Below are positions 37,801 through 47,671 of a DNA stretch of 62,484 bases, one piece after another. The stretch is from a virus. Taxonomy: Duplodnaviria > Caudoviricetes. The notes below the pieces were generated by a model, which did not search any database, had not been told where the DNA came from, and was given only the letters and a program-made list of their open reading frames with translations. The stretch spans positions 1-62,484 of the IMG/VR virus record IMGVR_UViG_3300021963_000131; one strand, 5' to 3'. The position numbers and the translations under genes were made by a program. How positions within the stretch are numbered: position 1 is the stretch's first letter; the number at the start of each line of letters is the position of its first letter.

Positions 37801-40800
37801 GTAACTCAAACTCCCCTTCTTTTGAAGTGCGTTTTGCTTGGGGGTTACTGTAGGTCGTAACAATATCTTCAAGCTGTTCTTCAATAAGGCTAGCCGCTTT
37901 ACGTGGGTCAGCAAAAGGACGCTCTTCAGTTTTACGCGTATCGCTTGCCCTTGTTGGCGTAACCAACACTTCTACAATCTGAGTCCGCGCAGGCGCATCA
38001 ATTTCTTTCAAAAACGCATTGATACTTTTTTGAATTCCAAGCCTTTCTAAATTTGCACTTTGTCTGTCAAGTGGTTCTTTTTTAGCCTCAAGCTCTTCAA
38101 TCTTTTTTAACTTTGCCGGATCTGGGATTGCAGATGGGTCTGCGTATTTAGCATCGCTTAACTCTTTACGTAAAGCTTTAATCTCATCGGCAATAGTTCT
38201 AATTTGCGCAATAAGTTTGTTTTGCAGCCCAACAGCGTTTTGAATGCGGTTTACTAGCTGTTTTAAATTGGTAAGATCTTTAGGCGTAGTAAGGATTCGT
38301 TTTTCAAGAACTTGCGTAAGTCTGTCCAGCAGTTCTTCAGAACTACGTGCTTGCAAACGGTCTGATAGTTCTGTCAGCAGTGCCTCAGCTTCTTTACGAA
38401 CCGTATCCGCTTCTTCTTTGTTTAACGCACGGAAACCTTTTTCAGCTCTTTGCTCATTGATTTGCTGCACCAGTGCATCAAGGTAACGCGTTTTAATTTG
38501 CTCTGTTTTTGTTTTGCGATCTTTGGTTAACGGTAAGATGGACTGCGACTCTTGCAGACGTGCAAGCTCAAGGTCAGCTTGCCGAACACGCTTCTCATCC
38601 CCAGCTCTTTTTGCCGCAGCTTTAAATTTTTCAAGCCTGTTAACGCGGCGTTCAAACTGAACAGGGTCCGTGGGTTTCTTTAACAACGCAACTGCATCAA
38701 ACGCATAGTCAACAAAGTCTTGGAACGCTGTATCTTTTGCAGACGCTGCATCCGGGGCAACAGCAAAACGCTCCTCACGTAGCTGCTCAAGCTGTTTGTT
38801 TAAGTTTCCAAGACGTTCTTCATCACGCGTTTCACGCGCAATCTGCCTTTGTTTATCAAGCGCTTCAATCTGTTTGTCAATATCGCTACGGGTTCTTACA
38901 GGCTTGGTTGGCGCTGTCGTTGTCTTTTTAGTTTCAATAGCAGAAACAGCTAACGAACCTGCAATGCCTTCACCTTTTTCAGGTGTTACTTCGGGCTTCT
39001 CAAGATACTGACGCAGAACTTGAAGCTGAGCTTCTTTTCGTAATGCAAGCAAACCTTTTTCGTTAAGCTGGCTTGACCCGTCAGGTTTAAGTAAAGATTC
39101 ATCGCTTGAAAGTAAAGCTTTTTGTTCTGCTTCAAGCTTGGTAATACGTTCCTGAATAAGACCACGGATGGACAGTTCTCCAACTGTCGCGTCGATATTG
39201 CGCCCTCCAACTACCTTTCGGAAAGGGGTAGTTGGCAAGCCAAGAGCTTTTGCAATAGGTTGCGTAATACGCCCACGGTCAAGGTTAAATGCTAAGTTTG
39301 AATTAAGGGCTTCATCACTTTGTTGTTCAAACTCTGTGTTCGCTTGTTCTGCGGCTTCTCTGGCATCCATACCAGAAGCTCTAAGTTCTGCTGCGCGAGT
39401 TTTAATAAAGTCTTGTTCAGAAAGCTGCGTAACAGGTAAATCCAGCGCAGCCGCAACCATGCGCGGGTTCTCAAGCCTACGCTCAACAGCCGTTATGCCA
39501 GACTCAAACCCTGCAAGCTCAAATTGCTCCTGACGTTGCTGCCCCGCAGCAGCACCACGTGTTTCAATATCTTTAACAAAGTCTGCATCTGCGGCTTCAA
39601 GGGCTTCAACATAAGATGCCGGAAACCCTAACAAAGTTTCGTCTTGTTTCTTATCAAGCGCGTACTCTTCAGCCGATCCGTATATTGTTTTGAGTTGCGG
39701 GTTTTTCTTAAACTCTTTCTCAGCTTGTTTTATTTCATCATCAGTCAGCGCCTGCCGTGCCTGCAAACGGCGTGACTCTTGCATAGAAGCAAGTTCAGCC
39801 TTTTCCTGCCGTGCTGTTTCGTCTGCTCTAAGCTTAGCAAGTAACTCTTGCTGTTCTTTATCTTTAGCTTCTTGTTGCAGTTGTGCCTGTTTCTCACGCT
39901 CAATACGCTGAGCATCCATTGCTTGTGCGTAGGTGTTAAACGACGGGTATTGCTTTTTAAGCTCTGTACCTGTGACTGGATCGTTCCAATCTTGAAATGC
40001 TTTAATAAGTACAGCCTGTGGCATACGCGCCATGCGGTTGTAGCCTTCAGCCTGCGTTGCTTCAATGTCAACATCTGACCGTGGGGCGCGTAAAACTCCA
40101 AGCCCTTTTGACTCAGGCGCATCAAAAGCAAAACCAGACGGCGAAACAACATTACCAAACTCATCAACAACAGGACGACCTTTAGCAGCCTCCTGCTCCT
40201 CACGCTCACGCATGATGTCAGCAAAGGTACGCTGCGCTTCAGGCACGTTCTCTTTAATCTCGCTGGCTATTTCACGTAGCCGCGATTTGATTTCTGCCTG
40301 TCGTGCTTCTGCGTCAAACGTTTGTTCTTTTGTTAACGACTTAGCTTCAATGGCTTGCTGTATACGAATGAACTCATCACGTAGCTGTACACGCTCAGCG
40401 TTTAGTTCTCGTGCATATTCAGGCGTACGTTTACGCGCCTGCTCTTGCTCCAGTGCCTGCTGACGCTGTTTAACTTTTTCTTGCTCAAGCTGATCTCTTG
40501 CCCCACTGCGTTCCTGCACACGAGCAAGTGCACCAAAGGCTGGAGCTGACAACGCAGTTTGATAAGCCGTATCGCCGTATTCTTTAAGCGCTTCATCTGA
40601 AGCTAGCGGGAGCCCAGCTTGCAAACGCTCAAGCATTGACTGCGTAACTTCGGTCGGAACTTCAACGCCTATACCACGTGCTGCACCACCAGCAAGGGTA
40701 CGCTTCAGGCTTTGCTCAACAAGTGCTTTGCCAGCTTGCGTTTCAAGCGCTTTTTCAACAGGTCTGCCGATGAGCTTACCAACAAGTTGTTTGCCCAAAA

Positions 40801-41428
40801 TAAACGAACCTGCCGCAGTCTCAATCCCTGCTTGTGCAGTTGCTGCCGCAGCCGCTGATGCGGCGTCAATCGTTTTGCCTTCGGAAGCTTGCCGTGAAAG
40901 GTTAGCCCCGAACTGCTGAAGAAAAGAAGGCGCGAAGGCACCCGCAGCCCCACCAACTGCGGCACCTACTCCTGCTCCAACGGGACCAAAGACTGCCCCC
41001 GCTGCCGCGCCCAAACGTGCGCCACCAAACGCACCACCCAGAGAAACCCCGACTTGTGGAATCTGCTCAGCAATAGCCCTCGGCGCTTGAACGCCAAGCA
41101 CTTCTTTAACTCCGCCAAACAACCCCTCTTGTTCATACCGTTTGCGTAACTGCTCAAGGCCAACTTCGTCTGCATAACGAGAAGCTATGCTACGTTCACG
41201 AAGCGCTGCATCCTTTGCAGCCTGTTCAGCATCGAACAGTCCGGCTATACCCGTGCGTAAACTTGACAGCGTTGACTCAGCGCCCCTGCCTAATGCGCCT
41301 GTGATGCCCCCACTTCTGGGGTAAAGGTCAGGGAACTTTTCACGCAGAATAGTTTCTGCTTCTTCCCGTGGCATCGAGTCAGGAAACTTTGCTTGTCTCC
41401 CGTCTGGCATGGGTAGGAAATACGCCAT
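31757..41428 (-). CDS. 3223-aa internal virion/ejected polyvalent protein
   Basis: G/A-rich hydrophobic N-terminus, long coiled coils, zincin-like AHELVGH, LPD38-like C-terminal region (RIPIPFEVG). Confidence 0.8.
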   Translation of the reverse strand: MAYFLPMPDGRQAKFPDSMPREEAETILREKFPDLYPRSGGITGALGRGAESTLSSLRTGIAGLFDAEQAAKDAALRERSIASRYADEVGLEQLRKRYEQEGLFGGVKEVLGVQAPRAIAEQIPQVGVSLGGAFGGARLGAAAGAVFGPVGAGVGAAVGGAAGAFAPSFLQQFGANLSRQASEGKTIDAASAAAAATAQAGIETAAGSFILGKQLVGKLIGRPVEKALETQAGKALVEQSLKRTLAGGAARGIGVEVPTEVTQSMLERLQAGLPLASDEALKEYGDTAYQTALSAPAFGALARVQERSGARDQLEQEKVKQRQQALEQEQARKRTPEYARELNAERVQLRDEFIRIQQAIEAKSLTKEQTFDAEARQAEIKSRLREIASEIKENVPEAQRTFADIMREREEQEAAKGRPVVDEFGNVVSPSGFAFDAPESKGLGVLRAPRSDVDIEATQAEGYNRMARMPQAVLIKAFQDWNDPVTGTELKKQYPSFNTYAQAMDAQRIEREKQAQLQQEAKDKEQQELLAKLRADETARQEKAELASMQESRRLQARQALTDDEIKQAEKEFKKNPQLKTIYGSAEEYALDKKQDETLLGFPASYVEALEAADADFVKDIETRGAAAGQQRQEQFELAGFESGITAVERRLENPRMVAAALDLPVTQLSEQDFIKTRAAELRASGMDAREAAEQANTEFEQQSDEALNSNLAFNLDRGRITQPIAKALGLPTTPFRKVVGGRNIDATVGELSIRGLIQERITKLEAEQKALLSSDESLLKPDGSSQLNEKGLLALRKEAQLQVLRQYLEKPEVTPEKGEGIAGSLAVSAIETKKTTTAPTKPVRTRSDIDKQIEALDKQRQIARETRDEERLGNLNKQLEQLREERFAVAPDAASAKDTAFQDFVDYAFDAVALLKKPTDPVQFERRVNRLEKFKAAAKRAGDEKRVRQADLELARLQESQSILPLTKDRKTKTEQIKTRYLDALVQQINEQRAEKGFRALNKEEADTVRKEAEALLTELSDRLQARSSEELLDRLTQVLEKRILTTPKDLTNLKQLVNRIQNAVGLQNKLIAQIRTIADEIKALRKELSDAKYADPSAIPDPAKLKKIEELEAKKEPLDRQSANLERLGIQKSINAFLKEIDAPARTQIVEVLVTPTRASDTRKTEERPFADPRKAASLIEEQLEDIVTTYSNPQAKRTSKEGEFELRGESQKLFELRAEKARGTPEAKLRTALDQIERIRNRVAVTNLGFDPKLAQAFAEFETISKPSEELVDAVLEQTDRIINGIDMPFNTNDPNLRGQAPRMLQLVLGSKRTEGKVLASRAGTAELPISTEAQVNKNERAWKKENLKQQEAKQQEILEARAALDRDIADAQKALQKPLKPEQRAALITVEQIKEREAAIDKLRDELNDLINAKAPDVPTMRYNLGQAELLPKIQELLRRESEVTTLEQQLELFSDSEDARVFIRSTPEIFAASIKVINGIKQLLNKQAAETQQIIRGKQVIELRQRISQAVEDVRNQEVITLKTLGEVRKVISGVNDVANGIVKFIEDIKTLEADIPPLVDRVKKLENEISKIKTWLEAMQNSLQGTEGDSFYQDVVDLNTRLKKLEADHSDALSALYQTQIAYNELVEQGPTALTEQELSLQAALDSRVQQEREKLDRLKARLERIKQLPGAERNIGEERAQKTEQDKQRALVAQLESVRKEMADANDRNKRIREAELAAMDGIVSINEAFFGITNRYKVVPATRRVTTPKEQIKVLLPVTSTIAELKTRINALKKARKIAQKQKDVVTLFVDGKKQTVDRTTVIDQQVASLQQQINDINAHNNFVKANLKVIKESRAQVAALNKQLKQATKPKQIEKLTEKISALETKIEEAIDKKNANDMSSESLNEIRGGTVYLEDFSNERKLLLNETPVWLKEQRNIEKNYQAAVERLAKKYKAPDESVEEKIQSLIDKTNKELRDAPDADTQKRSKLQGKIKELRTDLAALQGDTVLLTTAEMYAAARAEQQTRLTDTGKEIIAGEKVATKQQRLKPLRGGGADQRLAMGKTPDIDIALAEKRRERLALQGAKTAAARNARFGLDTTAEKVTEFTNDATLLVSTGPAGETSFRVDDEAGSMVDLKEARQKIEQVKASLPKGVKLVYAETLFDAPKSFIRALMQQGMDQDTAKVRGGVMPDGTVVIIGSNHGNMLDLETTIAHELVGHYGVDTVLGERGLDDLVFRVDSQPGGILGLAKEMGVHDEVAGTIINLQSVGASVIGQQRAAVRELIAHVEEARVTESNVGAIKRFVQEMIGALRKVFREVLGLNRYGALSASDVYYLLRQSRKVMKSGATGAYRSADGNVVFRRGEGAFPADMPTNFVDITNKLVGAPASVTDKIFGGNTGMVFRTKYIDRFEPVMRIASQMKDSLAATQMQYFLRMHDQRNNFTAEAVNNGALILDKKKRADGSEEFLVRSGGTTSLKDVAAALKGIPNMNVDAANKMFTTWMAAIRAERVGLETLNFDPSIKMSDLIGFKKYIDAHPEIKAPFEQARKLYNEYNKGLVNFAVQTGALSKEQENKLLSTNDYIPYYRVQNGVVQLMLGGEISPIKIGNLKDQPYLDQLVGGNTKILDFFTSSVQNTNMFVDLALRNIATKNVAYTLRDLGTTLSPVAKIGKGDGPAGTNVIRFKERGEDMHAVIDTEAFGVPAELLVKGLEGVAVTVPQLVQMFNIPARALRLFVTRNPLYAFRQLFRDSTSAALTTGGNLIPVISSLKELGKMRQGKSEGETALRERGVLGGQVFTGTSEDLSIILRDIASGKEGWATKLAKLDALAIQGDASTRVVLYNDFRKQGLSDMEATLATLESMNFNRRGLSPSVFLMSMMVPFMNAQIQGLDVLYRSGFSKGMPFNDRLQVRKKFWQRGMLLAGLTLAYAAMMEDDEAYKNANPDEKYNNFFVYVPGFDEPVRIPIPFEVGYLFKALPEMIVNMSSGKAEAGQVFPAIRSILFNSIPGFIPQAIKPALEVATNYSFFSWRGIESEREQAFTPSQRMRSNTTEIAKTLSGLASFTVGGKEYGVSPIQIDYLIRGYFGGLGLALTSMANTVLEKPGKVPAEMRPSDMPVVGGLFQPRDAQGLINYAYEIVSNIQQRQQTYKELMRKGDDETAKEFLQENRGLISLASSAGSFRQQMGEYATYERQVRERKDMTPQQKRAELERIRQIRINYAQNFIRATAENRRQASAG

Positions 41429-41433
41429 TCGCT

Positions 41434-43287
41434 TTATCCTTTACCACCAGTGAAATCAACTACGTCTTCGCCACTTCCCTCGCTTCGCGCTTTCCACTGC
41501 TCAAAGGTAGGACGTGGGCCTTTCAAGTTTGTATCCCAAGTACGCATCTCACTATCATACGATCTGCGAAGCTGTGCTGGAGTTATCTCTCCTGTTTTTG
41601 TAGTAGGCTTACTTAAAGACATTGCAGACAGCGTATCTTTTGCAGCTTGAATACGCTTAGGATCGCCAGAGTTAAACGCAGCCAAAACTTGATTGTAGAA
41701 GCTAACTTCTCTGGGCTGCAAGCTTGCCTTAAGGCGTTCAAGCCGCTCTTTAGTCTCGTAATCAAGCTGTGCAGTAACTGCCTTCTCAGCAATAGCGCGT
41801 TCAATCGCTTGCTGTGCATCTTCTCTTTGTAGCAACGCGGCAATGCCTTCTTTCTTAACGCCCAACGCTTGCATTCTACGCGTAGCTGCTTCGTTCATAA
41901 GCCTTTGCGCTCTGTCTTCTGCCGCTTGCGCCTCTGCCCGTTGCCCACGTTTTTCAAGCATGTCGGCTTTAGCAGACTCTTCTTGGGCTCGCGCCATGTA
42001 CAGCGCAGCTTCCTTATCAGCATCTCTATACCGCCCACGCTCCGCAGTAACGCCTTTAGCAGCGCCTGCTAACACGTCAGCAAGAGATACGTTGCCAGAT
42101 GGTAGGGCTGAGGCGATACCAGCAAACATTCCGGGCTTTTTACCCCGTAAAGCGTCGGCAACAGCCTTCTGTCTTGACTCACGTCCTGTGGTGTATTCAG
42201 TGTACTCAGCCTGCATCGCATCAGTTACTTTTTTACGCGCTGCTTCTTTTTGTGCATCCGACAAGTTTGATTTATCGATGGCTTCGTATTGCTCTTCTAA
42301 ATTACGCTGTATATCACTTACAAGTCTTTTCTGTTCATCGGACTCACCACGCACAGAAGCCAAGCCCCTACGCATACGCCCCTCAATATCAAGCCCCGCT
42401 ACACCAGCACTTGGTCTGTTTGAAGAAGCGGTTTTAGCAGGGGTAGACACTGGTTGATATTCTGGTCCAGCATTACCCCCTTCTTGGGGAACGGGTTTAG
42501 CTGCCCTATCTTCTAGAAATTTTTTAAAAAAAGAAGGTGCATTATTCTGTATTTGTTTTTGTATAAATTCTGTAGTAGCCCTTTGTTCTTTAGTTAAAGG
42601 ACGCGCCCCAGTTCCTGACATACCCCCCATTTCTTCAAGTTGTTTTATTTTGTTTGTTTTAGGGTCTACTGTGTACCCTCTTTCTTGCAACTTACGACGC
42701 ACAATGTATGCGTCTGGTTTTTCACCAAACATTCCTTCGCGTAATATATTTTCACGATCTGGAAGAAGTTCAATTTGCTCTAGAAGATCATTTAAATTAG
42801 ATTCAGCACGATTACGCGCTTGTGACCCCTGCGTTCCATTTAACCGCTGCACACTTCCGCCACCACTAAACACAATACCGCCATCCATAGCGTTAAACGT
42901 ATCCAGCGGCAGCGAACCTATACCAGCAGTATCCCGTGCCTGCATGTCCTGCGCTTTTTTAGCCATGAGTGCGCCAAGCAAGCCAAGCTTTTGTTCTTGC
43001 TGCTGTATCTGCTGAGCTTTCTGTTGAAGCTCCATGTCTTTCTGTTGAAAGATGGTTGGGCTGTTTGCAGGATTGTTTTGCATAGCTTGTTGACGTTGTG
43101 CAGCTTGTCGTTGCATACCACGTGCGTTTAATTCCTGTGCTGCTTGTCCTGTTGGTCCCGGCTGCACCTGCCCTGTGGGTTGTGGAGGACGTCCTGCTGC
43201 ATACTGCTGCAACTTTGAGTCAGGGAATTTTGCAACATTTTGCAAAGCGTTAGCAACGCCGCTAGGGGAAAGAGGTGTATACGCCAT
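41434..43287 (-). CDS. Internal virion/DNA-ejection protein
   Basis: Q/A-rich helical protein just before the giant gene. Confidence 0.65.
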   Translation of the reverse strand: MAYTPLSPSGVANALQNVAKFPDSKLQQYAAGRPPQPTGQVQPGPTGQAAQELNARGMQRQAAQRQQAMQNNPANSPTIFQQKDMELQQKAQQIQQQEQKLGLLGALMAKKAQDMQARDTAGIGSLPLDTFNAMDGGIVFSGGGSVQRLNGTQGSQARNRAESNLNDLLEQIELLPDRENILREGMFGEKPDAYIVRRKLQERGYTVDPKTNKIKQLEEMGGMSGTGARPLTKEQRATTEFIQKQIQNNAPSFFKKFLEDRAAKPVPQEGGNAGPEYQPVSTPAKTASSNRPSAGVAGLDIEGRMRRGLASVRGESDEQKRLVSDIQRNLEEQYEAIDKSNLSDAQKEAARKKVTDAMQAEYTEYTTGRESRQKAVADALRGKKPGMFAGIASALPSGNVSLADVLAGAAKGVTAERGRYRDADKEAALYMARAQEESAKADMLEKRGQRAEAQAAEDRAQRLMNEAATRRMQALGVKKEGIAALLQREDAQQAIERAIAEKAVTAQLDYETKERLERLKASLQPREVSFYNQVLAAFNSGDPKRIQAAKDTLSAMSLSKPTTKTGEITPAQLRRSYDSEMRTWDTNLKGPRPTFEQWKARSEGSGEDVVDFTGGKG

Positions 43288-43292
43288 GACTA

Positions 43293-44948
<1,656 letters not shown>

Positions 44949-44950
44949 GA

Positions 44951-45934
44951 TTACCTCGGCATGAATTTGTCAGGGTTAATTTGTTTACCCTGTTTGGGGT
45001 TGCCCGTTCGTGCAGCGCGAATATCGTCCATCATTTTGTAAAGGCGTTTCGCACCAGCGTTAGAGTTACCATTACCGAGATGACTAACAACATCAGCAGG
45101 AATAACAAACTCGCCATCACTAAGCGCAGCAGGTCGTTTATTGTCAATATGCGCCGGGACTTTATCGGCCATTCCGTCGGAGTGTCCGTCGAGGTATCGT
45201 GGCGGTAGTGCACGTCCCCCTTGCGCCATATCCAGTGACCCAATTCCCCCACCCATCGCTTTACCAGATTTCTTGAACGATACACCACCACCGGGGCTAC
45301 GTACAGCCTGTTTGGAATACCCACCCGGAGCAGACCACCCCCGCGCTTCTTCTCTAGCTCTTTGGGCATCGTCATAAGCTAACTTTGCTATTCCGAGCAT
45401 GGCTGCATATTTGGCTGCGTCTGTAGCAGTAATATCTGTGCCTAGTATTCCTTTTTTATCAGTAGTTTTATCGGTAGTTTTATCGGTGGTTTTATCGCCG
45501 CTTATGTCCGCTAGTTTCTTAGTGCCCATCGGATCGTTTGGATCACCAACAGGTACACCTTTAGCTTTTAAACTTGGGTCTTGGGCTGGATCGGTTCCGG
45601 CTTGCCGCCCAAGCTTTTTAGTTTCAGCATCGTTGACAGAGGTATCACCTGAATCAGCGGGGTTCGGGCCAACCTCCCCAGCACTTAATAGTGCAGCATA
45701 CGCAGCAGGATCTTGCGCCTTTAGCGCATTCATTACATCAGCGTCGCCAATAATACTGGGAAGAAGCGCGTTAAGGTCTAACCCTTCAGCAAACAAGTTT
45801 GGGTCGATACCAAGAGCGTTTAAATCTAGCCCAGCAAAAAGGGGTGAAATAGAAACATCTTCATCACTCCCTAGAAAAGCCCCGGAGCCGGATGTTCCAG
45901 CAAAGTAATTTTCTTCGTCGTCTAAAATGCCCAT
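44951..45934 (-). CDS. Virion protein with a C-terminal DG.AD...A.LSDGEFVIPA domain
   Basis: Motif in the translation; KTTD repeated three times. Confidence 0.65.
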   Translation of the reverse strand: MGILDDEENYFAGTSGSGAFLGSDEDVSISPLFAGLDLNALGIDPNLFAEGLDLNALLPSIIGDADVMNALKAQDPAAYAALLSAGEVGPNPADSGDTSVNDAETKKLGRQAGTDPAQDPSLKAKGVPVGDPNDPMGTKKLADISGDKTTDKTTDKTTDKKGILGTDITATDAAKYAAMLGIAKLAYDDAQRAREEARGWSAPGGYSKQAVRSPGGGVSFKKSGKAMGGGIGSLDMAQGGRALPPRYLDGHSDGMADKVPAHIDNKRPAALSDGEFVIPADVVSHLGNGNSNAGAKRLYKMMDDIRAARTGNPKQGKQINPDKFMPR

Positions 45935-47040
45935 TATGGTCCTCCCGGCTTGCGCCGCGCCGCAATCAACGGCATTACAAAATTAAGCCCACGCATTAGT
46001 GCAGCTTGCTGTTTAGGTTCAAACCCCGCAGCTTGCCCAGCTTGGTTCAATCCATAGTTAATTGCAGCACCTTTTACTGCTTGCCCAACATCAAAAGGCC
46101 GACCCGTAGCAGCAGAAGTAAGTGCAGAAGTTGCCAACGATTTAGCAGGTGTATATAGCGAACCCAGCCCTTTATCTAACCCAGACATCGCGCCAAGTTC
46201 GCCTACCCCTGCGCCTATACCGCCAGAGATTGCGCCAGACTTAAAGCCTTTAGAGAAATCGCCGCCCGTTGCCTTTGATAAGCCGCCCTGTAAAACCCCA
46301 GACATTAGCGCATTAGCACCAATATTTGCAGCTACCTGTGGTACGCCAAGAGAAGCTAGGCCACTTGCTACTCCCCCCGCTACCCCTCCCGTGACGTTAC
46401 CTAAAAGCGCACCTGCCCCACCAAAAGGCAGTGAAGCAATTGCAGCAATTTTTAGGGCGTTAGCTACATTCTTAGCATCAGGATGCTCGCCTTTGTAATA
46501 CTTTGGATCTCCGATAGGTATAAGTTTATCGCCTTGAGGGATGTAAGCTTGCGCCATGCGCTCGCGGTCTCTACCACCTGTAGCGCCCCCCATGAACAGC
46601 ACAACATTGCCAGAGTTAATTTCTTCAGGGGTAAGAGCGTTTAGGTCAGTTTCTACAGGATTGCCTTTTTCATCTTTTTTATAGGCTTTGAGGAACACCG
46701 ACTTATGCCCTAACTGATCTTTAAACTTTTCACTAAGAATATCCCCCGCAGTCTTGTTAACTGTGTCAGTTTTTTGTTCGTACCCACCTTCTTCGCCCTG
46801 CCCTACGTATTCCAATCTAGAGCGCTCATACGTACCAAAATCCTTCAGCCCAGCAAACGGATTAGCAAGTGCTTGCCCCGCAGTCCAGCTTGTGCCACCT
46901 TTAGGCGTTGTACCGTATTGCGTGGCTCGACCTGATAAATATTTATCTAACGCTTGCTGTTGGGCAATACCCTGCGCTTTTTGCAGTGCAGCAAGCTGTT
47001 CGGGGGTCAGGGTTTTAGCGGAGGTGGTCATGCTATTCAA
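45934..47040 (-). CDS. Putative internal virion protein with a Gly/Ala-rich C-terminal half
   Basis: Coupled ORF in the structural operon. Confidence 0.6.
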   Translation of the reverse strand: MNSMTTSAKTLTPEQLAALQKAQGIAQQQALDKYLSGRATQYGTTPKGGTSWTAGQALANPFAGLKDFGTYERSRLEYVGQGEEGGYEQKTDTVNKTAGDILSEKFKDQLGHKSVFLKAYKKDEKGNPVETDLNALTPEEINSGNVVLFMGGATGGRDRERMAQAYIPQGDKLIPIGDPKYYKGEHPDAKNVANALKIAAIASLPFGGAGALLGNVTGGVAGGVASGLASLGVPQVAANIGANALMSGVLQGGLSKATGGDFSKGFKSGAISGGIGAGVGELGAMSGLDKGLGSLYTPAKSLATSALTSAATGRPFDVGQAVKGAAINYGLNQAGQAAGFEPKQQAALMRGLNFVMPLIAARRKPGGP

Positions 47041-47671
47041 TCCCCGAAACGAGGGTAGCAGTCAGAATGACTGATGGTATCGCAGGTCGCGTCGGTGAGG
47101 AAGGGGCAGTATAGTATTCGATGTAAGTGCTGGTGTTGGAACTGCGCCAGTAAAGCTGAATATAGTCGTTAGGCGTTACATCCACAATGAAGTTTAAAGC
47201 AGCAATCACATGGTATGGATCGCCAGCAGACTTACGTGGGGCTAAACCAAACCGGCTGTTGGAGTCGGCAATATCCTGACCATTCTTACGAAACCAAATA
47301 TCTACGTCTTGAGTGGCGTTGTCGTTGTTAGAAAGCTGAATACTATATTGAATGTTGTACAGACCGGGGTAATCAAAGTGGATCTCGGAGCTATTTAGAA
47401 TTTTAACGCCGTTAGAAATGCTTGTTGTGTTGTACGTGATAGCGTAAGCCGTTGTAGTTGAAGCAGCCGTTTGATCCGTCGTATCGTAAAAAGACCCCAG
47501 CGGAAGCTGCACATACTGCCCGCCATAAGTGCCGAAAAGAGAAAGTAAGTTGTTATTGAGCCTGTTGAAGTACAGACGCAAGACGTTATTAAATTGCTCC
47601 TGATAACGCGAGTCGTACTGCGGTGGAGCTAATGGTAGATTAGGCGCAGCGGGGTGTTGGATAAAGCTCAT
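47033..47671 (-). CDS. Tail-associated protein with a beta-sandwich C-terminal domain
   Basis: LPLAP..Y...Y N-terminus; G.Y.IQ.S.Q pattern. Confidence 0.55.
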   Translation of the reverse strand: MSFIQHPAAPNLPLAPPQYDSRYQEQFNNVLRLYFNRLNNNLLSLFGTYGGQYVQLPLGSFYDTTDQTAASTTTAYAITYNTTSISNGVKILNSSEIHFDYPGLYNIQYSIQLSNNDNATQDVDIWFRKNGQDIADSNSRFGLAPRKSAGDPYHVIAALNFIVDVTPNDYIQLYWRSSNTSTYIEYYTAPSSPTRPAIPSVILTATLVSGIE

